Shown here: in pieces, positions 48,014 through 54,748 of the stretch
How the letters are laid out: each line of letters starts with the position of its first letter
Numbering within the stretch: the stretch's first letter is position 1
Source of the DNA: Promethearchaeota archaeon
Lineage (GTDB): Archaea > Asgardarchaeota > Lokiarchaeia > Sigyniarchaeales > SOKP01
NCBI GenBank assembly: GCA_016840085.1
Contig: JAEOTA010000072.1
Location: 1-54,748 of the forward strand
Length of the DNA stretch: 54,748 nt
Direction of reading: 5' to 3'
Notes under the pieces: generated by a model
What the model was told of the DNA's origin: nothing
The model's database searches: none
The model's input: the letters and a program-made list of their open reading frames with translations, nothing else
Translations under genes and position numbers: made by a program

Positions 48014-48835
48014 TCAAAATATTCTTTTTGTGTCCTCAGATGTCGATTCAATTAATTTATTACCACAATAATGACAATATAATGCCTTTCCAAGATTCTC
48101 TGAACCGCATTCTTCACAAATTATTACATTTTTTTCATGTTTAGGATATGCAATCTTTTTAAAGTCATCATAAAGAGAATTGAGTTCTTTTTTCTTAATT
48201 GATAACTTAAAGTTTTCTATATTTTTTTTTATTAAATTTATTAATTTTTCCCATTTTTTCCATTCCGAAGAGTCCACTTTCAAAACAGAAATGTTTTCCC
48301 CTTTGCCAAAAAGATGGCTACCACTATGAAATACTAATATATCTTCTTTTCCTTTTGCAATTTTAAATCTTATCCTTTTTAAATTCTTCCTGAGTTTTCT
48401 CTTTTGGAGAAAGGTAAAATCTGATTCATCCAATATAAAATTTGAAAAACTTTCTTTTAATTGAAAATTATTGTTACCATCTTTTTGAAAACAAATCTCA
48501 TCAGATGAAATAGATTTTCTTATAATATTTTTCCTTCTTTCAATCTCAACTTCAATATCTTTTTTAATTTCTATTATTTTTAGACCAATATCTTTATAAA
48601 TTCCTTCAAATGAAGTGGGAATCGGTTCTATAGAATTTTTATTCTTTGAAATTGGTTTCACAATGTCTGAGTTTATTGCAACGCTCTTCTTATTTATAGG
48701 AATATTCAAAAATCTCGTATTTAAGGGTATTCTGCTAATATTACTTGACTGAAGGTAATTTCTATTAGGAAAGTTAATTCTTTGCATAGTTACATAACTA
48801 GCCATCCTTCTAGAGTTACCTCTTCTTCTTCTCAT
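48014..48835 (-). CDS. Hypothetical basic protein with C-terminal zinc ribbon
   Basis: CEECG..N...A.YCHYCG. Confidence 0.7.
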   Translation of the reverse strand: MRRRRGNSRRMASYVTMQRINFPNRNYLQSSNISRIPLNTRFLNIPINKKSVAINSDIVKPISKNKNSIEPIPTSFEGIYKDIGLKIIEIKKDIEVEIERRKNIIRKSISSDEICFQKDGNNNFQLKESFSNFILDESDFTFLQKRKLRKNLKRIRFKIAKGKEDILVFHSGSHLFGKGENISVLKVDSSEWKKWEKLINLIKKNIENFKLSIKKKELNSLYDDFKKIAYPKHEKNVIICEECGSENLGKALYCHYCGNKLIESTSEDTKRIF

Positions 48836-48951
48836 TTTCTTATTATCCTTTTTATATCTTTAATTTATGATTAGTAAACTTTTATTACAAAAATCTCACA
48901 ATTATGAATGATTATTCAATAGTTTTTAAAGTTTATTTTTATTAAAATAAA

Positions 48952-48975
48952 GTGTTTGAGTGTTTACTCAAACAC
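48952..48975. other. Perfect 10-bp hairpin/palindrome
   Basis: GTGTTTGAGT-gttt-ACTCAAACAC. Confidence 0.7.
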
Positions 48976-48984
48976 ATCATTAAA

Positions 48985-49221
48985 TTAAAGATTTAATCTC
49001 TGGAAATCTTTATACCCCTTGTGAACTGTTGGCTCGGTAATTTCCGTAATGACAGCCATCTGTATTTGAGTCACATTAATACAGTATTTCATACACGTGT
49101 AGTAAATTGCTCCTGCACAGATGCCTTTTGGATTCATGCCTATGAAATGATTATGCGATAGAGCAATATTTATTAATTTTATTATTACTTTCTCCGTTTT
49201 TGCATCTATATCCAACTTATC
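48985..49221 (-). pseudogene. Transcription factor B (TFIIB) C-terminal cyclin-repeat remnant
   Basis: GMNPKGICAGAIY..VTQ.QMA....ITEPTV...YK. Confidence 0.8.
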
Positions 49222-49496
49222 TTAAGGAAGAACCGTATATACCTTACTGGGAAATAGAAAATATAACTGAGTTTACAAAAACTATTCAAATATCTCCACC
49301 ATTTCAAGGTAATTTATTTATTTTGTTTTATGCTGAAGAATATCCTGTTGGTGAAGAAGATGATATTTTATATTATAGTGAGATAATAGTGAAGTATATT
49401 CGCTATGCTTCAAGTTATGGGCCTTTTTTTCTTGGCGTTGTAGTTTTATTGGTTTCATCCTATGCTTATCGTAGATATAAATGGAGGCGCAAATAG
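49215..49496 (+). pseudogene. 3' remnant of a membrane-anchored protein
   Basis: C-terminal TM and RRYKWRRK tail; 5' end fused head-to-head with the TFB remnant. Confidence 0.5.
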
Positions 49497-49790
49497 TAAA
49501 TGTTCTCGTTTCTATACCTTCAATTATCAAATTTAACATATCTTAACATTTAATAGACTAAAAAGGTTTTGTATAAGTAATTTCATTTAAAGTATCTATT
49601 AATAGTACCTCTGGGATAAAGATATAAAAAGTTAAACTTAATTTTTTTCTCTCTTTTTTCACTTTCAATTATATTTGAATATTTTTTAAATTAATTGAAA
49701 AATATCAAGGCTATAGCTTCAGTCATTAATCGGCTTTTATAGAGTGTTTTAAGAAACATTTAAATAGAGATCTTTTCTTTATTATCTGAT

Positions 49791-50699
49791 TTGATTGTAA
49801 ATAAGATTCATAACAAATTGGAAAGATTGATTGATTCTTTAACTATTTCAGAGAATCAAAAACTCTTTCTTAGAGAAAAAGCATATACTTTGTATAATGG
49901 ACTAAAGAAAATTTCTCAAAATCTAATTCCTTATTGGTCTTCTCTTTACTTATCAAAAGACACCTATCAATACACCTTAAAAGGATTTTGGTTTGAAGCT
50001 TCTTTCGATATGGGACTTTTCATCAAAAATCGATTTGATGTTGATATTCATTTTATATTTGGAAAAAATAATACTGACTCCCTTGAACAAAATAATTTAA
50101 TAGGAAGCATACTTTTCGAATTACTTTATTCTCATCTTAAAGTTTTTCAATTCAATTATAGAAAATATATGAAACTATTAAAGGACCCGCCTTATATACG
50201 TGCTATTCCTATTCGAATAGATTATAACAGTATCTCAATTCTTTTTAACTGTATTCCCGCAATTGAATTACCTAACGGATACCTTATTATTCCTAATGGA
50301 CTTGGAGAAATAAAAAAAATCAAACCAAAATCAGAAATACAAACACATTCTAAAATAAATAGAAAGCAAAATGGAAGAATTACAAAACTTGTTCTTCTTA
50401 TGAAATACTGGAATTTCAATTGGGGCAAACCTATAAAAGGACAATTAATCGAACACCTCGTAGAGTTTATATTTGATAAAATTGAAATTCGTAGCTGGGA
50501 TCGAGCTGTAAAAACTTTCTTCAGTCGAGTAATCTACTTCTTAGATAAGAAAAAACTTTTACATCATGGTATATATACCCAACTTTCTATATTAGAGGAG
50601 TATTCGGGTGATGAATTAAACGAATTTCTTGAAGTCCTTAGAGAAGCAGAAATATATGCCCAGAAAGGTAAATGGCAAAAAATATTTAATGATTTATAG
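49791..50699 (+). CDS. SMODS/CD-NTase (cGAS/DncV/OAS-like) nucleotidyltransferase with degenerate active site
   Basis: ASF....I...DVDI, FNCIPA, YLIIPNG, KPK, KLVLLMKYWN, LIEHL. Confidence 0.7.
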   Translation: MIVNKIHNKLERLIDSLTISENQKLFLREKAYTLYNGLKKISQNLIPYWSSLYLSKDTYQYTLKGFWFEASFDMGLFIKNRFDVDIHFIFGKNNTDSLEQNNLIGSILFELLYSHLKVFQFNYRKYMKLLKDPPYIRAIPIRIDYNSISILFNCIPAIELPNGYLIIPNGLGEIKKIKPKSEIQTHSKINRKQNGRITKLVLLMKYWNFNWGKPIKGQLIEHLVEFIFDKIEIRSWDRAVKTFFSRVIYFLDKKKLLHHGIYTQLSILEEYSGDELNEFLEVLREAEIYAQKGKWQKIFNDL

Positions 50700-50739
50700 T
50701 TCTTTAATTTCCTTTAAGTCCAAATTTGTACCTCTTCAA

Positions 50740-51084
50740 CTATTCTTTTGAATTATATTTCTTATAAGCCTTTATTTTTCTATGAATGTTGTCAATTATC
50801 GTGGTTGGGAATTCATCTAATGATTTATCTTTAAATTGCTCATAACAATAACAACAAAACTTCAATTCAAAAATTTCAATATTTTTATGAAAACGATGAT
50901 TCCTCCTAGTTGTACGGTCAAGTTTTCTTTCGCAATTAATACAATAATTAAAAAATTTAGAAACCTTCTCTCTCTCAATTTTTTTCTTTATCTTCTCAAC
51001 TAGATTTGCATTATTTAATAAGTAATTTTTGATTACTTTACTCAGACGTTCTGAATCTGGTAAAAATCTAGTAAAATTTCTCAT
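50740..51084 (-). CDS. Small Zn-binding protein
   Basis: CINC and CCYC pairs. Confidence 0.6.
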   Translation of the reverse strand: MRNFTRFLPDSERLSKVIKNYLLNNANLVEKIKKKIEREKVSKFFNYCINCERKLDRTTRRNHRFHKNIEIFELKFCCYCYEQFKDKSLDEFPTTIIDNIHRKIKAYKKYNSKE

Positions 51085-51445
51085 AAGTTTAATTTTCTTA
51101 AAAAATTAATCTCATTCTGTCAAAAGAATTGATGCAATTTTGCTTTATAAATATTCTGTTTAACTAAATACGATTTGAGTTTTAATGAAACCATATTATT
51201 ATGAATTACCTATGGTAAAGAAATTCTCGCTCTCCTACAGGCTCTCCCGACGCAAAATTAATTCAATATCTCTCACTTAGGAAAAATTCTAATTCTTTTA
51301 ATAATTTCCAATCATCATCTAATAAAGAAATCGGTTTAATGAATAACTATAATGGAGAATTCATTAAAAGAGAAATTTAATAAATATTATCATTCCTATT
51401 TTTAATTAAAGACTTTAATAACAATCTATAACAAATCGAGATTAT

Positions 51446-52144
51446 ATGCATAATCAATCTAATGAATTAGAGAGAACAAAAAACCGAACACTATTATTGT
51501 TAAAGTTTTTAATTTTAGGATTTTTATCATGCTTTATCGGAATAATCATACTAACAGCTTATTATCGAGATTTAATTAAAGAATGTTATTCTGGTCCTTT
51601 AGGTCCAGACTTTTTTCCTGGTTCTTTAGTTCCAATTTATCAAGAATTAGCCTTAATTGAAATTTTCTGGTTGTTAATTTTATTAATTTCATTCATTTTT
51701 ATGAATGCTATTATATGGTATTACATATCTTATGATTTAATTAAAAAAACAGCAATAACCCAAAAGTTCAGTGAAAAAATCGGTGATAATGAAAAGATAT
51801 GCTATAAGTGTCATACTCATATACCAACTAAAATGCTTACAAAAAATAGTTCAGAGTTAACACCCATTAGAATATTTAACGTAAAGGGATATTTTTGTGA
51901 ACAATGCTATAGGCATTATGTTATGATCTCTCTCGGAACAATCATATTAGTTCCAATAATTTACTATCTGTATATGCCTTTTACAGTTTTTATTCTATAT
52001 TTATTCAATTTGCCATCTATGCCTCCTGAACACTATTTAATCGAATCAAGCTTTCCAGTTTTAATTTTATCATTTTTCGTAATTTTTATTTATGCTATAT
52101 ATGGTAGTAAGAAGATTTCTAAAATATATAATGGTAAAGACTAA
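51446..52144 (+). CDS. 4-TM membrane protein with internal Zn ribbon
   Basis: Two TM, CYKC..FCEQC, two TM. Confidence 0.7.
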   Translation: MHNQSNELERTKNRTLLLLKFLILGFLSCFIGIIILTAYYRDLIKECYSGPLGPDFFPGSLVPIYQELALIEIFWLLILLISFIFMNAIIWYYISYDLIKKTAITQKFSEKIGDNEKICYKCHTHIPTKMLTKNSSELTPIRIFNVKGYFCEQCYRHYVMISLGTIILVPIIYYLYMPFTVFILYLFNLPSMPPEHYLIESSFPVLILSFFVIFIYAIYGSKKISKIYNGKD

Positions 52145-52199
52145 AAATTAATTGTTTAATAAGAGAACAGTCAGTAAATTAAGAGAAGTAGATAAAATA

Positions 52200-52856
52200 A
52201 TGAAAATCAGGGTATTATTAATCAGTCTTCTTGTAGTGGGCCTTATTTTTTTTCCTGTATTTTTAAATTTAACTGTAATTAAATCAAGAATCTATTACTT
52301 AATTGATTACGATGTACAAGGTTCAAATAGAGAGGAAATCATAACTAAAGTCGAAACATTAAATTATACAGGGTATTTGAATAATTATATGGAACGAGAT
52401 GATGAATTTGAAAATTTTATTGATGTGGATTTTATACGATATCTGAAGAGTCGAATTGAGAATGACACGAAATTCCACTGGGAAATGTCTTATGAACATT
52501 ATTTGAGATATTTTTTTATTGCAGTTGATAATTCTAAATTATATTTATCTTACAGCAACAATACGATATTTAATGTAAAAGATCAGAACAATCAATCACT
52601 GTTTTCAGTAGAAAATTATTTGAGGGCTGAAATTGCATGGTATTTGAATTTCACGCAATTATCATACGTTTACAGTGATACTACTACAATTTTATTGAGT
52701 AATGTTATTTTTATTGAAATGTATTTAGATTATGGTTATCACTGTGGGAATGTATGTGGATTATGGTACTCTATCGATCAATATCTCGTGTTAAGCCCAA
52801 ACTTAGATGCCCTTATGATTTTTATCCCACAATACAAAGGTGTAGTAGTTTCTTAA
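52200..52856 (+). CDS. Membrane-anchored exported protein with CGNVCG motif
   Basis: ATG 52200 followed by a signal-like hydrophobic segment; N-glycosylation sequons. Confidence 0.65.
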   Translation: MKIRVLLISLLVVGLIFFPVFLNLTVIKSRIYYLIDYDVQGSNREEIITKVETLNYTGYLNNYMERDDEFENFIDVDFIRYLKSRIENDTKFHWEMSYEHYLRYFFIAVDNSKLYLSYSNNTIFNVKDQNNQSLFSVENYLRAEIAWYLNFTQLSYVYSDTTTILLSNVIFIEMYLDYGYHCGNVCGLWYSIDQYLVLSPNLDALMIFIPQYKGVVVS

Positions 52857-53115
52857 GATTATTATATAGATTTTTTATAGAGGATTATTAAATAATTTAA
52901 ATATAATCTTCACGATCCTAATATTAAGAATAACTATATTAAACATTAAAACCTCTTCAGCAGAACAGTATGGCGCTCATTAATTACCACGGATATTTAC
53001 AATACCACCATAGAAGATCTCTTATGGTAGCGATCCAGAAAGACGGTAGAAATAGAGAAAGGAACGTTTACCCCACTTAAGGATACTAAAATCTATTGTC
53101 AAAATAATTCTAATT

Positions 53116-53895
53116 TTATTTAGATTTTAAAAACAATTTATGTAGAAAATATGCGATTCCTATGTAGCTAATCTCTACAGTCTTTTCTTTTTTATCCTTT
53201 GGATTTGGATACAAGTTAAGGGCAGAGATTTTACTTAATTTCTGGATAAACCCATAAATTGAACCTCTTGAGAGTGAATCGCCTCTTTTTTCTTCTAACG
53301 CTTCACGTAACGCTTCTAGTGAGTCATATTTTCTCCGGTTAAACAGAAGCGAGTTATTATTAAAGGATAAATCTGGATTAAAAAAATCATTATAATTATC
53401 ATAGGGATTGAAAAATAAATCCAAGAATTCAAATTGTTTATCTGTGATGAGTTGAAAGGGAATAGTGGTTAAAGTCATATTAGAATATATGCCGACTTCT
53501 TTAGAGCCCTCATAAATATAATCGCCATGAACAATTTTAGTATTCGTTATTGAGCATGCGATATATAACCAAATAACCATGTAACGAAGCCCTCCAGAGA
53601 TATTAACGGTAATATTATCAAAACCTTGAAGTTTTTGCTGATAAATAAGATGGGTTAATTCTGCAATTGGTTTAGTCTGTATATGAAAGTCAAATTCTAC
53701 ATTTTGGACCGGAATTTTACGTTCTTCATAGTATTTAGTAAGATTATTGAGTATCTTTTTTGCTTCAGGAGTTCCTGAAAGCGGTTCTTTTTCTGTGATA
53801 AAGATTATTTTATGAACAACTTCTTTATCAATAGAAAAAATTAATTTTTCAAAAAAATGACCGACTAAAACAATCTGATTTTGGCTTTCATTCAT
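53116..53895 (-). CDS. CARF-like (Csa3/DUF6293-type) domain plus wHTH regulator
   Basis: IVLVGH, VNISGGLR, ITDKQFEFL, HTH SRGSIYGFIQKL, wing VEISYIG. Confidence 0.75.
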   Translation of the reverse strand: MNESQNQIVLVGHFFEKLIFSIDKEVVHKIIFITEKEPLSGTPEAKKILNNLTKYYEERKIPVQNVEFDFHIQTKPIAELTHLIYQQKLQGFDNITVNISGGLRYMVIWLYIACSITNTKIVHGDYIYEGSKEVGIYSNMTLTTIPFQLITDKQFEFLDLFFNPYDNYNDFFNPDLSFNNNSLLFNRRKYDSLEALREALEEKRGDSLSRGSIYGFIQKLSKISALNLYPNPKDKKEKTVEISYIGIAYFLHKLFLKSK

Positions 53896-53970
53896 GATTT
53901 ATCCTTTTTCTTTGTTATTATTCATTAAGTACTATTCTCTCATTAAAATTATTATTTTCTAATTAATAAT

Positions 53971-54010
53971 ACTTTTTTATGATTATGCATACTATTTTAT
54001 GATTATGTAT
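53971..54010. promoter_or_regulatory. 20-bp tandem repeat in a divergent promoter
   Basis: acttttttatgattatgcat / actattttatgattatgtat; third partial ttttatgata at ~54039. Confidence 0.55.
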
Positions 54011-54175
54011 ATGAAAAAGTATTTAAAGGAAAAAATCATTTTATGATATAAATCCCTATAAAAAACTCTATAAAGATTTAAAAAATGAAAAATGCTATGG
54101 AACCAGAAAAAGCAGATCTTATAAGAACAATACTCCATTTTGCATTTTTAATTATTATAGGAATATCTGATTAAT

Positions 54176-54466
54176 ATGCCAGAAGTTTTAGAGGAGTTGA
54201 AGAAATATGAGAATCTATCTGAGAGTGAATCAGATATAATTAAAGTTCTTGAAAAGAATGAAGGGAAAGCTTTAACATTTGCTGAATTAGCAGATTTAAT
54301 TTATTCACATAGACAAGATAAAGTAGAAACACCTAAAGATAAATTTATCAAAGTAGGTATTACTTTTACTGAAATTCTATCATTAAAATTTGTTTTAGAA
54401 AATTTATTGAAGAAAAATAAAATTCATAAAATATTTGCTAAAGGTAAGGAATATTATTTTGTATAA
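54176..54466 (+). CDS. Small winged-helix protein
   Basis: IIKVLE....KALTFAELA..LENLLKKNKI......YYF. Confidence 0.7.
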   Translation: MPEVLEELKKYENLSESESDIIKVLEKNEGKALTFAELADLIYSHRQDKVETPKDKFIKVGITFTEILSLKFVLENLLKKNKIHKIFAKGKEYYFV

Positions 54467-54748
54467 TAATCTAAATTTAAGATTTTGTATTATTTTTGGA
54501 AACTCATTATAAAACTCATTTTTTAAGTAAAATTAAAACAGTATCAAAGGATTTTAAAGTCTGAATCCTCTTGAACTGTATCTTTTTACATTAAATCTTG
54601 ATTCTAATTTTGTATATGAAGATATTATATTTTGTTTTTTGCATTATTTGATGGTTTACCACAAAGTTTATTAGAAAGAAGTGATAATATTTATGTATGC
54701 AACTACAAAATATTGTTCCTAATTCATTTCTGAATTTGGGAGTTAAAT

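Noticed and set aside
48985-49215. Functional mini-TFB
   Set aside because: Lacks the Zn ribbon and first cyclin repeat, and its 5' end is fused to another truncated gene with no promoter space
52940-53095. Slightly GC-richer intergenic stretch with a weak hairpin (accata...tatggt), possible ncRNA or sORF
   Set aside because: Stem is short, with no recognisable RNA family or initiation signal; more likely a gene remnant
53116-53895. CRISPR-Cas locus implied by a Csa3-like gene
   Set aside because: No cas genes or array in the window; CARF-wHTH regulators often stand alone

Overview
An AT-rich archaeal chromosomal segment, most consistent with Asgard archaea (Lokiarchaeia/Promethearchaeota). 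That taxonomy is inferred from roadblock proteins, a vWA-RING protein, a TFB remnant, an archaeal MetRS and N-glycosylation-rich surface proteins. The most notable feature is an hdrC-hdrB-hdrA-mvhD operon (1-7501) whose usual [NiFe]-hydrogenase input appears to be rewired. MvhG is fused to a cysteine-less vestige of the MvhA large-subunit N-terminus. The next gene is an FrhB-family protein split by an inserted GltD/NfnB-type FAD/NAD(P)H module and ending in a wHTH, and a TusA sulfur carrier closes the operon. Other highlights are a highly divergent RtcB-like RNA ligase, a vWA plus double Zn-finger protein resembling TFIIH p44/Ssl1, two roadblock genes (one dynein-LC7-like with an ATT/ATA start), a glycyl-radical enzyme, a tandem MFS array and a bactofilin-like operon with sORFs and operator repeats. 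A degenerate CD-NTase-like gene lies near a CARF-wHTH regulator. Two integrase-free accessory islands (about 7.5-11.65 kb and 47.8-53.1 kb) each lie between an intact gene and a diverged, displaced remnant of that same gene. I saw no rRNA, tRNA, CRISPR array, integrase or transposase. All family assignments come from motif recognition by eye, not database searches.
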